Shown: piece after piece, positions 20,579 to 29,459 of the stretch | Layout: each line of letters begins with the position of its first letter | Numbering within the stretch: the stretch's first letter is position 1 | DNA from: Acidobacteriota bacterium | GTDB lineage: Bacteria; Acidobacteriota; UBA6911; RPQK01; JAJDTT01 | Assembly (NCBI GenBank): GCA_963668095.1 | Contig: OY764083.1 | Coordinates: 1,061,525-1,125,524, forward strand | Reading direction: 5' to 3' | Length of the DNA: 64,000 bases | Made by a program: the position numbers and the translations under genes | The notes under the pieces: generated by a model | Database searches by the model: none | Seen by the model: only the letters and a program-made list of their open reading frames with translations | Told to the model about the DNA's origin: nothing

Positions 20579-20836
20579 ATGGCAAGGACCAGCAAAACCA
20601 TCACCTTCTCACTGCCGCCTGAATTGGCCGACAGGGTGAACGAAGTCATGAAATACGAAGGCCGCACCAGGAGCGCACTTCTGCGAACGGCATTGCTTCG
20701 TTACCTCGAGGAGTGTGAGTGGAGGCAGTTGCTTCAGTATGGAGAACGGCGGACGAGAGAAAAGGGCATCGGACCGGAGGATGTGGGGCTCTTGGTTGAG
20801 GAGTATCGGGCCGAGGCAGACGCTTCTCGTTCATGA
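20579..20836 (+). CDS. ribbon-helix-helix (CopG-like) antitoxin
   Basis: 85 aa. TITFSLPPELADRVNEV...RSALLRTALLRYL. Confidence 0.8.
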   Translation: MARTSKTITFSLPPELADRVNEVMKYEGRTRSALLRTALLRYLEECEWRQLLQYGERRTREKGIGPEDVGLLVEEYRAEADASRS

Positions 20837-21237
20837 GGGTCGTTCTGGACACAAACGTCATCGTCTCTGGTCTTAACTTTCCTGGAAATGAGCGCCTTGT
20901 TCTGAATCTGGCCGGCCGGGGGCGCTTCACACTGTACCTATCCCCATTTGTGCTGCATGAGGTTCGGGGTGTATTGGTGCGCAAGTTTGGTTGGAAGGAG
21001 GGGAATTCCGACCGGGCGATTGAGATGCTGCGCGACTCGGCAACCATTATTGAACCCCAACAGTTGCCGGAGGTAATCGAGAACAATGAAGCCGACAACC
21101 GGATCCTTGCGTGTGCGATGGAGTCCGCTGCCGACTACCTGGTAACGGGCGACCGGCGACATCTGCTGCCCCTCGGAGAACACCTCGGCACCAAGATCGT
21201 CAACGCTCCCCGTTTTCTGTCTGACCTCGGGTTGTAG
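20833..21237 (+). CDS. PIN-domain toxin
   Basis: 134 aa. MRVVLDTNVIVSG...ADNRILACA...YLVTGDRRHL. 4-nt overlap with the antitoxin. Confidence 0.85.
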   Translation: MRVVLDTNVIVSGLNFPGNERLVLNLAGRGRFTLYLSPFVLHEVRGVLVRKFGWKEGNSDRAIEMLRDSATIIEPQQLPEVIENNEADNRILACAMESAADYLVTGDRRHLLPLGEHLGTKIVNAPRFLSDLGL

Positions 21238-21364
21238 TCACTCCCGGCCCCACTCCAGACGTTCCTCAATCGCATGAATACTTTCAACGATTCTATTTCG
21301 TCTTAACAGCCCGTGGCAAAAGTCCTCACGGCATTCGATCGTCCCTGCATCCCGGCGGACTGCG

Positions 21365-21610
21365 TTGCGACTCGGTCACATACTCCCGGTATGCTCCCGA
21401 ATCGCGCCTTGTCCGGCGGGCGCAGGAACGGTCTCGGTGCTCGCGGGACTTTCACCACGGGCTGTTAAGGCTCCACTCTTCCCAATCCTCCAACACCCCG
21501 AAAAGCTTGGAACCGTTACAATTGCGGGGAGAAAGAGCAACGACTTGGCCCCGGGCACTTGGAATAGTGTTTCGAAACAGGCTGGACTCGATCAGGGGGA
21601 ATCGTCATGA
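21365..21610 (+). pseudogene. HicA-like toxin remnant or divergent HicA
   Basis: The C-terminal TVTIAGRKSNDLAPGTWNSVSKQAGL matches the HicA tail. The expected GSH motif is absent and the N-terminus is not HicA-like. 4-nt overlap with hicB. Confidence 0.35.
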
Positions 21611-21858
21611 AGTACACCGTTGTCATCGAGAAATCCGACAACGGTTATTCGGCTTATCTACCGGACCTGCCGGGCTGTGTAGCTGCTGGAGACACTCTTG
21701 CCGAAACGGCTGATCTGATTCGTAACGGCATCGTCTACCACTTGGAAATGCCCCGAGACAATGGCGACCCGACTCCGGAGCCCCGGGCCACGACCATCCA
21801 GATCACGGTAGAGGAAGCGCCACCGGATCTCCGCCGGTCACAATCCAGAAATCGGTGA
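21607..21858 (+). CDS. hicB: HicB-family antitoxin (UPF0150)
   Basis: 83 aa. MKYTVVIEKSDNGYSAYLPDLPGCVAAGDTLAE. Confidence 0.8.
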   Translation: MKYTVVIEKSDNGYSAYLPDLPGCVAAGDTLAETADLIRNGIVYHLEMPRDNGDPTPEPRATTIQITVEEAPPDLRRSQSRNR

Positions 21859-22062
21859 TGCGGCGTTCAGCCCGCCTGAGACAGGGATCAGAGTGGGCGA
21901 GACCGTGATATCTACCTGGAGCGAACTCAATCTTTATCCTGCATCCTTTTCAGTTGCCTGTGTGGATAGCAAACGATTGATCCGGCTTCAGAAGATTGTG
22001 GATGCGGATTACGGATCCCGGCTCCGGAATCGGGATCGGCGGGCACCCGCCAATCGAGTAGA

Positions 22063-22800
22063 ATGACGCCCATGCACACTCAGAAACCGCAACACCGGAT
22101 CGACGTCCGGGAGCACGGCCGGGACCGGGACGGGAACGAGCATTCGACCGACCGGCGGCTCTTCATGCAGCTTCACGTGTTCAGCGGCTGCCACGAAACC
22201 GGGCCGCTGGTTCAACAACTCGAGGCGGCCGGCCTGAAGCCCGCTGTTCTTTATCAGGACCTGAATCATCCGCGCGGCGTCGGGCTTCTGACCATGTCCG
22301 AGGATCCGGCCGAGTTCGTCACGCTGGTGCGCCCGTTTCTGAATGGGGGCCCCTTCGGCGCCCTTACACTGCGGCCCGAGTTCACCATGCTGGGCCGGAG
22401 CTACGCCAGCGGTTACGAGCCCGACGTCGAGGAGTGGCTCATCGGACGCCCCCAGCGAACGGCCCTGAACCCGGATTGGCCCTGGGCGGTCTGGTACCCC
22501 TTGCGCCGGACCGGGGCCTTCAACGCCCAACCGCAGAACGTGCAGCAGAGCATTCTGAGGGAACACGGCGGTGTCGGCCGGCTCTACGGACAACAGGACC
22601 TGGCCCACGACATCAGGTTGGCCTGCCACGGAATCGACACCAACGACAACGAATTCGTCATCGGCCTGGTGGGAAAGGAGCTCCATCCGCTCTCCCACCT
22701 GGTCCAGAGGATGCGCCGGACGCGGCAGACCTCCGAGTACATGCAGCAGATGGGGCCGTTCTTCGTGGGACGGGCGCTGTGGCGAAGCCCCATGGTGTAA
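22063..22800 (+). CDS. chlorite dismutase family (Cld-like/heme-binding) protein
   Basis: 245 aa. WAVWYPLRR...ILREHGGVG...HDIRL pattern is typical of the Cld/HemQ superfamily. Confidence 0.75.
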   Translation: MTPMHTQKPQHRIDVREHGRDRDGNEHSTDRRLFMQLHVFSGCHETGPLVQQLEAAGLKPAVLYQDLNHPRGVGLLTMSEDPAEFVTLVRPFLNGGPFGALTLRPEFTMLGRSYASGYEPDVEEWLIGRPQRTALNPDWPWAVWYPLRRTGAFNAQPQNVQQSILREHGGVGRLYGQQDLAHDIRLACHGIDTNDNEFVIGLVGKELHPLSHLVQRMRRTRQTSEYMQQMGPFFVGRALWRSPMV

Positions 22801-22927
22801 CAGCAGCAACCGCCTTGACCACACCCCGATTCGCCAGATCGTAGAAAGAGGCAAGGGCGATTTGGGAGGTGTGGCTATGCGTTCCGGCGAACTCCGTACA
22901 TTGGTGCTTCGTTTGTTGCTTGGGAGT

Positions 22928-23002
22928 GTGGCGACAAGAAAGTCGCCACTCCCAATCGGCGACAGGAAAGTCGCCGCTCCCGACGGGCGGCGAGAAAGCC
23001 GC
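22928..23002. repeat. three tandem hairpin units of about 30 bp
   Basis: GTGGCGAC-AAGAAA-GTCGCCAC, GGCGAC-AGGAAA-GTCGCC and GCGGC-GAGAAA-GCCGC, each followed by CTCC(C). Located just upstream of the redoxin gene. Confidence 0.65.
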
Positions 23003-23048
23003 TGCTCCTATTGGCATTTGTTATGCTGACCGCAAGAGGAGGAAGCCC

Positions 23049-23657
23049 ATGAGTTTCTTCAACCGGAACTTCTTCGCAGGTATGGCCGCAGGAGTAGGGC
23101 TCACCGTCGCCCTGATATTGACCGCCGGAGTGTTGATGATGTTCCAGGTCAGTCAGCGGATGGGCGACCTGGACGATCGGCTTGGCGGCCTGTCTCCGCC
23201 GCCGTTCCCCAAAGAGGAGTCTCTTGCCGAGATCGAGTGGAAGCTCCAGAGTCTCGATGGTCAGGAGACTTCGTTGTCCGCGTTCGAGGGAAAGGTGCTC
23301 TTCGTCAATCTCTGGGCCACGTGGTGCGGCCCGTGCGTGGTCGAAATGCCCAGCATTCAGCGGCTTTACGAACAGTTCGCAAATGAGAACGTGGCGTTCC
23401 TGCTGGTTTCGGACGAACCGCCCGGCGTGGTCGAGGAGTTCGCCAGGGAACAGGGGTGGGAACTGCCGTTGTACGTAACTGACGAAGGAAGGCCTTCCGC
23501 CTTCGAGAGCCTTGGGATCCCTGCGACTTTCATTCTGGATCGGGAGGGCCGGATCGTGTTCCGCCACGTGGGGAGCGCCAACTGGGACGACGAAACCTCC
23601 GTCCGCTTCCTGAGCGATCTGCTTGAGAACAATGTCACGGAAGGAGACAGCACATGA
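23049..23657 (+). CDS. TlpA-like thiol-disulfide oxidoreductase (membrane-anchored redoxin)
   Basis: N-terminal TM helix. Thioredoxin motif WATWCGPC. Confidence 0.8.
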   Translation: MSFFNRNFFAGMAAGVGLTVALILTAGVLMMFQVSQRMGDLDDRLGGLSPPPFPKEESLAEIEWKLQSLDGQETSLSAFEGKVLFVNLWATWCGPCVVEMPSIQRLYEQFANENVAFLLVSDEPPGVVEEFAREQGWELPLYVTDEGRPSAFESLGIPATFILDREGRIVFRHVGSANWDDETSVRFLSDLLENNVTEGDST

Positions 23658-24667
23658 GCGAGGGAGGACAGGGTCGGCGCGTCCTGGTCACCGACTATGC
23701 CTGGCCGACGCTAGATCCGGAGAAGGAGATCCTGGGACGGATCGGAGCCTCCCTGATGGTGGCTTCGACCGGCGAGGAGGACGAGTTGGTGGAGATGGCG
23801 CCCCAAGCCGACGCCATTCTGACCTGCTGGAAGGCGGTGTCGACGCGGACGATCCGGGAGGCCACGCGCTGCCAGATCATCTCCCGGTACGGAATCGGCA
23901 TCGACAACATCGACATCCCGTTCGCCACCGAACAGGGCGTCATCGTGGCCAACGTTCCCGCCTACTGCCTGGAAGAGGTCACCGACCAGGCCCTGGCGCT
24001 GCTTCTGGCCTCGGCCCGCAAGGTGGTCCTCTTCGACCGGGAGGCCAAGGCGGGCCGCTATGGAATGGCTCCGGGCCGGCCCATCTTCCGGATCCGGGGA
24101 CGGACTCTGGGCATCGTGGGATTCGGAAAGATCGGACGCACCCTGGGACGAAAGGCTCGGGCTTTCGGTCTCAAGATCGCCGCTTTCGACCCCTATCTGG
24201 ACGACTCATCCGTGCGGGAGCACGGGGCGGAGCCGATGGATCTGGATCGCCTGATGGAGGTCAGCGACTACATCTCCATCCACGTCCCGCTCAACGATGA
24301 GACCCACCACCTATTCGGCCGGGAGGCCTTTCGGCGAATGCGGTCCGAAGCCTTCCTCATCAACACCTCAAGGGGAGCCGTGGTGGACACGGCCGCGCTG
24401 GTGGAGGCTCTCGACGCGGGGGAAATCGCAGGCGCGGGATTGGACGTTCTTCCCCAGGAACCACCGGATCCGGACGATCCGGTCGTGCTCCACCCCAAGA
24501 TCATCATCACTCCCCATGCCTCCTTCTATTCGCAGGAGTCGCTCCTGGAGTTGCAAACCACGGCAGCTCAGCAGGTTGCCGACGTGCTGTCGGGCAAGGT
24601 TCCGAAGTGGGTCGTGAATCCCGATGTCCTCGACCGGCCCAATCTCAGATCCTCCATCCATAGCTAG
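23654..24667 (+). CDS. D-isomer-specific 2-hydroxyacid dehydrogenase (CtBP/PGDH-like)
   Basis: 337 aa. GIVGFGKIGR and the HVPLN...R...INTSRG...D...H catalytic pattern. ATGA overlap with the upstream gene. Confidence 0.85.
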   Translation: MSEGGQGRRVLVTDYAWPTLDPEKEILGRIGASLMVASTGEEDELVEMAPQADAILTCWKAVSTRTIREATRCQIISRYGIGIDNIDIPFATEQGVIVANVPAYCLEEVTDQALALLLASARKVVLFDREAKAGRYGMAPGRPIFRIRGRTLGIVGFGKIGRTLGRKARAFGLKIAAFDPYLDDSSVREHGAEPMDLDRLMEVSDYISIHVPLNDETHHLFGREAFRRMRSEAFLINTSRGAVVDTAALVEALDAGEIAGAGLDVLPQEPPDPDDPVVLHPKIIITPHASFYSQESLLELQTTAAQQVADVLSGKVPKWVVNPDVLDRPNLRSSIHS

Positions 24668-24688
24668 AACAGGAGGCATCCGATCACC

Positions 24689-25951
24689 ATGGAAAGAACC
24701 ATCTGGGACGTGGCGCGCCAGCAATTCTTCGAAGCGGCCGAGTTGACCGATCTGGACGACGATCTGAAGGAGATCCTGAGCCAGTGCAACCGCGATTTGA
24801 CCGTCCGGTTTCCGGTCTGCATGGACGACGGGTCCATCCAGGTCTTCGAAGGCTACCGGGTTCAGCACAATCAGGCCCGTGGACCCACCAAGGGTGGAAT
24901 TCGCTTCTCGCCCGAGGTGACCCTCGACGAGGTGAGAGCGCTGGCCATGTGGATGACGTGGAAGACGGCCGTGGTCCGGATTCCATACGGCGGGGCCAAG
25001 GGAGGCGTCATCTGCGATCCGCACAGCATGAGCCTGGGTGAACTGGAGAACCTGACCCGCCGGTACGCCTCCGAGATCTCCATCATCGTGGGCCGGGAGA
25101 AGGACATTCCGGCTCCCGACGTCAACACCAATCCCCAGATCATGGCCTGGTTCATGGACACGCTCTCCATGCGCAGCGGTTTTTCGGACACGGGCGTGGT
25201 CACGGGCAAACCGATCGAGATCGGCGGCTCCCTGGGGCGCCTGGACGCTACCTCTCGGGGCTGCCTCTACGTCGCCGAGGAAACCCTCAAGGAACGCGGA
25301 GAGACGCTGGAGGGCAAGACAGTCGCCATCCAGGGTTTCGGAAACGCAGGCAGCTTCGCCGCTTCCCTCTTCGCCCAGGCCGGCGCCAGCGTGGTGGCCG
25401 TCTGCGACTCCCGCGGAGGCGTCTACAATTCGGCCGGCCTGGACGTGGACCGGCTGATCGGGCTTAAGGAGGAAAACACGACAATGGCTGAATATCCGGA
25501 CGGGGACCGGGTGGATCCGAAGCAACTCCTGGAACAGCCCTGCGACATTCTGATTCCGGCGGCCGTCGAGGACCAGATCACCGAAGCCAACGCCGATCGG
25601 ATTCAGGCCGGCATCGTGGTGGAAGCCGCCAACGGACCCACGACTCCCGAGGCGGACCGGATCCTGAACGAACGGGGGGTGACGGTGGTCCCCGACGTGC
25701 TGGCCAACGCCGGCGCCGTGACGGTGTCGTACTTCGAATGGGTGCAGGACCTGGGCTCCTTCTTCTGGGACGAGGAACGGGTCTACCGCGAGTTGAAACG
25801 GGTCATGACGTCCGCCTATCGCGACGTTTCAGCCGAGTTGGAACGGCTCCAAGGTCTCCACGGACCGCAGATCAACCACCGGCAGGCCGCCTACGTCCTG
25901 GCCATCCAGCGCGTCGCCCGGGCCACCCAGCTCCGGGGCATCTATCCTTAG
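24689..25951 (+). CDS. gdhA: glutamate dehydrogenase
   Basis: 420 aa. KGGIRFSPEVTLDEVRALAMWMTWKTAVVRIPYGGAKGGV and GFGNAG motifs. Confidence 0.85.
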   Translation: MERTIWDVARQQFFEAAELTDLDDDLKEILSQCNRDLTVRFPVCMDDGSIQVFEGYRVQHNQARGPTKGGIRFSPEVTLDEVRALAMWMTWKTAVVRIPYGGAKGGVICDPHSMSLGELENLTRRYASEISIIVGREKDIPAPDVNTNPQIMAWFMDTLSMRSGFSDTGVVTGKPIEIGGSLGRLDATSRGCLYVAEETLKERGETLEGKTVAIQGFGNAGSFAASLFAQAGASVVAVCDSRGGVYNSAGLDVDRLIGLKEENTTMAEYPDGDRVDPKQLLEQPCDILIPAAVEDQITEANADRIQAGIVVEAANGPTTPEADRILNERGVTVVPDVLANAGAVTVSYFEWVQDLGSFFWDEERVYRELKRVMTSAYRDVSAELERLQGLHGPQINHRQAAYVLAIQRVARATQLRGIYP

Positions 25952-25958
25952 AGCGCGC

Positions 25959-26066
25959 GGAGCGGCGGTTTCCAACCGCCGGACAGGAGCGGCGGTTTCC
26001 AGCCGCCGAACAGGAGCGGCGGCTTCCAGCCGCCGAACAGGAGCGGGGGTTTGCAACCCCCGATTC
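25959..26066. repeat. 4 x 27-bp tandem hairpin repeat
   Basis: Units begin at 25959, 25986, 26013 and 26040, each GGAGCGGCGG-TTTCCA(A/G)-CCGCCG-(G/A)ACA. Unit 4 carries paired stem changes (GGGGG/CCCCC) that keep the hairpin. Confidence 0.85.
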
Positions 26067-26077
26067 CGGGTTGGCGA

Positions 26078-26114
26078 CAAAGAGGGGGACAAGATGTCCC
26101 CCCTCCCAGGGTGC
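26078..26114. repeat. G-rich hairpin repeat copy (AAAGAGGGGGAC-N5-GTCCCCCCTCCCAGGGTGC)
   Basis: Second copy of the element at 9822-9857. Confidence 0.6.
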
Positions 26115-26273
26115 CTCGTACTAGCCGCAAACGTGAATCACGGCGGCTTTTTCGGAGGTGTCGGATAGGATATCGGTCTTGCGGCGGGAGCCTCGGCAGG
26201 CGTATTCTTGATTCTAATTCGCCGACGAGATGTGGCGATTCCGCGTAGGTTCTTAGCGCGGGCACATAAGACG

Positions 26274-29200
26274 ATGGCGTTTTTCAGATCTGCACTTCCA
26301 CTCATCATAACCTTGTTGATCGTCTCGACTCCCGGGACTGAGGGCTCGACCGCGAGGCGTCCCGACGCAACGGTCGAGTTCAGCCGTGACATCCGGCCGA
26401 TCCTGTCGGACAACTGCTTCGCCTGTCACGGGCCGGACGAAAACAAGCGCATGAGTCCCTTGCGCCTGGACACGCGGGACGGCGCGCTGGCCGATCTGGG
26501 CGGCCGTTTCGCCATCGTTCCGGGAGACGCGGAGGGGAGCGGCCTCCTCAACCGGGTGAACTCGGCGGACAGCCTGACCCAGATGCCTCCGAGCTACTCG
26601 GGGAAGAGCCTCTCGGATCATGAGAAGGAGCTCCTCCGGAACTGGATCGAACAGGGCGCCCACTGGCAGAACCACTGGTCGTATCGTCCTCCCGAGCGGC
26701 CCGAACCGCCGACTGTCAGCGATCCGGAGTGGGTCCGGAATCCCATCGACCGATTCGTCCTGGCCCGTCTGGAAGGGGCCGGGCTGAAGCCGTCTCCCGA
26801 GGCCGATCCGGCCGCGCTCATCCGCCGGGTCTCGCTGGATCTGACCGGCTTTCCTCCCGGGCCGGAGGACCTGGACGGCTTTCTGGAGAACCCGACCGAC
26901 GAAGCGTACGCACGGGCCGTCGACCGGTTTCTCAACTCGCCGCGCTACGGGGAGCGCATGGCCATTCGTTGGCTGGACGCCGCCCGCTATGCCGACACCA
27001 ACGGCTACCAGACCGACGCCGAGCGCAGCATGTGGCGCTGGCGCGACTGGGTGATCGACGCCTTCAACCGGAACCTGCCCTTCGACGACTTCACCGTCGA
27101 GCAGGTCGCGGGCGACATGCTGCCGGACGCCACGCTGGATCAGCGGATCGCCAGCGCCTTCAATCGCAACCACCGGGGTAACGGAGAGGGTGGAATCATC
27201 CCCGAGGAATACCGGGTGGAATACGTGGTGGACCGGGTCGAGACCACCTCCACGGTCTGGTTGGGCCTGACCATGGGCTGCGCCCGCTGCCACGATCACA
27301 AGTACGACCCCCTCACCCAGCGCGAGTTCTACGAGATGTTCGCCTACTTCAACAACGTTCCGGAGAAGGGACGAGCCTTCAAGTACGGGAACTCTCCCCC
27401 CTACATCCCGGCGCCGACGGATGCTCAGCAGCGCCGGTTGAAGGATTTGGAAGCGGAGCTGGCCGAGGCGAAACAGAAATTCGAAGAGCACGGATCCGAA
27501 CTGGACCGGCTCCAGAAATCGTGGGAAGAAGCGCTCACCCAATCGAACCTCGTGAACTGGTCCCTGCGCGACGACCTGGAAGTCGCCTACTCCCTGGACG
27601 GGCACTTGACGGCCGAGACGCCGGGAGCGCAGCCGCCCGTCGCCCGGCTCCTGGACGGCGTGCCTCACTTCGTTCCGGGTCCCGTCGGGACGGCGGCCAG
27701 CTTCGACGACAAGAGATACGTGGACGCCGGCACGGTGGCCGACTTCCACGTCACCGACCGCTTCACCCTGGCGGCATGGGTCCGGCCCGAGTCCACCGAG
27801 GGGGCAATTCTTTCCAAGACCCAGAGCGAGTTCGAGGGAGAGGGTCAGGGCTCCCGCGGCTACGGCCTCTTTCTGCGCGACGGAAAGCTCCAGTTCAATC
27901 TGGTGGTGCGCTGGTTGGATGACTCCCTCCGGGTCGAGACGGCCGAGGCGCTGAAGCCGGGCGAGTGGCGCCACGTGGCGGCGACCTACGACGCCTCGTT
28001 CCAGGCCAAGGGCATCCGGCTCTACGTCGACGGCAAGCCGGCGCCGGTCCGGGTCCTGCTGGACTTCATGAACCAGGACTTCTACGTCAAGGATCCGTTG
28101 CGGATCGGCGCGGCCGGTCCCAAGGAGCGGTTCCGAGGTCAGATCGACGATGTCCGCATCTACCGCGGCGTCGTTCCCCCGGAGCGCATTGCCGTCCTCG
28201 CCGCCAGCCGGAGCCTGGACCGGATCGCCAGGATCCCACGCGCGGAGAGGACCCCGGGGCAGAACGAAAAGCTGCGCCTCGGCTTCTTGGACCAGTACGC
28301 ACCGTCGGAAATCCGGGACAGTTGGCGGCGGGTCCTGGACCTGACGGCCAAGCGGGAGAATCTGATCCTGAGCTTTCCCACCGTCATGGTGATGCAGGAG
28401 CGCACCAACCCCAGGGAGACCTTCATCCTGGACCGGGGAGCCTACGACAGCCCGACCGGGAAGGTCGAGCCCGCGGTCCCCGCCCTGTTCTCGGGACTCC
28501 GAAACGGCGCGCCAGCGAATCGGCTGGAATTCGCCCAGTGGCTGGTGGACCCGTCCAATCCCCTCACGGCGCGGGTCACCGTCAACCGCTTCTGGCAGAT
28601 GTATTTCGGGCAGGGGCTGGTCCGAACGGCGGAGAATTTCGGCTCCCAGGGAGAGTGGCCCACCCATCCCCTCCTGCTGGACTGGCTGGCCACCGAGTTC
28701 ATGGATTCAGGCTGGGATATGAAGGCGCTCCAACGGGCCATCGTCTTGAGCGCCACGTATCGACAGTCCTCCCAATCCACTCCCGAGCTCCGTTCCCGGG
28801 ACCCGCAGAACCGCCTGCTGGCCCGGGGTCCCCGTTTCCGGCTTCCGGCCGAAGTGATTCGGGACCAGGCATTGTTCCTGGCGGGTCTGATGGTGGAGAA
28901 ACAAGGGGGACCGTCCGTGAAGCCCTATCAGCCGGACGGGCTGTGGGAAGAGCTCACCAGCGGGCAGTTCTACAACCAGAGTGAGGGAGAGGATCTCTAT
29001 CGGCGAAGTCTCTACACCTACTGGAAGCGGACGATCGCTCCGCCCTTCATGCTCACCTTCGACGCTTCGGGGCGGGAGGCCTGCGCGGTGCTGGAAACGC
29101 GGACCAACACGCCATTGCAGGCCTTGAACCTGATGAACGACGTGACCTACGTGGAGGCCGCTCGTTTTCTGGCTCAGCGGATGATGCTGGAGGGGGGCGC

Positions 29201-29456
29201 CTCACCCCAGGAACGGATCGGATTCGCCTATCGGTTGGCCACGGGCCGGCAGCCTGACGCCCGGAGAAAAGCGATCCTCCTGGAGAGCTATCGTCACCAT
29301 CTGGCCACCTACGAAGAGGATCGAAAGGCGGCGCTCCAACTGGTGAGCCAGGGAGAGCGACCCCGGAATCCGGAGTTGGACCTGGCGGAACTCGCCTCGT
29401 ATACAACGGTGGCCAGCCTGATCCTGAACCTGGACGAGACCATCTCCAAGGAATAA
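26274..29456 (+). CDS. PSCyt1 + DUF1549 + LamG-like + DUF1553 protein
   Basis: Signal peptide MAFFRSALPLIITLLIVSTPG. Motifs CFACHG and MGCARCHDHKYDP. Central concanavalin/LamG-like insert (FTLAAWVRP...LYVDGKP...DDVRIYRG). Confidence 0.9.
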   Translation: MAFFRSALPLIITLLIVSTPGTEGSTARRPDATVEFSRDIRPILSDNCFACHGPDENKRMSPLRLDTRDGALADLGGRFAIVPGDAEGSGLLNRVNSADSLTQMPPSYSGKSLSDHEKELLRNWIEQGAHWQNHWSYRPPERPEPPTVSDPEWVRNPIDRFVLARLEGAGLKPSPEADPAALIRRVSLDLTGFPPGPEDLDGFLENPTDEAYARAVDRFLNSPRYGERMAIRWLDAARYADTNGYQTDAERSMWRWRDWVIDAFNRNLPFDDFTVEQVAGDMLPDATLDQRIASAFNRNHRGNGEGGIIPEEYRVEYVVDRVETTSTVWLGLTMGCARCHDHKYDPLTQREFYEMFAYFNNVPEKGRAFKYGNSPPYIPAPTDAQQRRLKDLEAELAEAKQKFEEHGSELDRLQKSWEEALTQSNLVNWSLRDDLEVAYSLDGHLTAETPGAQPPVARLLDGVPHFVPGPVGTAASFDDKRYVDAGTVADFHVTDRFTLAAWVRPESTEGAILSKTQSEFEGEGQGSRGYGLFLRDGKLQFNLVVRWLDDSLRVETAEALKPGEWRHVAATYDASFQAKGIRLYVDGKPAPVRVLLDFMNQDFYVKDPLRIGAAGPKERFRGQIDDVRIYRGVVPPERIAVLAASRSLDRIARIPRAERTPGQNEKLRLGFLDQYAPSEIRDSWRRVLDLTAKRENLILSFPTVMVMQERTNPRETFILDRGAYDSPTGKVEPAVPALFSGLRNGAPANRLEFAQWLVDPSNPLTARVTVNRFWQMYFGQGLVRTAENFGSQGEWPTHPLLLDWLATEFMDSGWDMKALQRAIVLSATYRQSSQSTPELRSRDPQNRLLARGPRFRLPAEVIRDQALFLAGLMVEKQGGPSVKPYQPDGLWEELTSGQFYNQSEGEDLYRRSLYTYWKRTIAPPFMLTFDASGREACAVLETRTNTPLQALNLMNDVTYVEAARFLAQRMMLEGGASPQERIGFAYRLATGRQPDARRKAILLESYRHHLATYEEDRKAALQLVSQGERPRNPELDLAELASYTTVASLILNLDETISKE

Positions 29457-29459
29457 GAA

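Noticed and set aside
25959-26066. Possible CRISPR array, given regularly spaced palindromic repeats
   Set aside because: The 27-bp units are directly adjacent with no spacers, and there are only four. No cas genes are in the window. It is better described as a tandem hairpin (REP-like) array.
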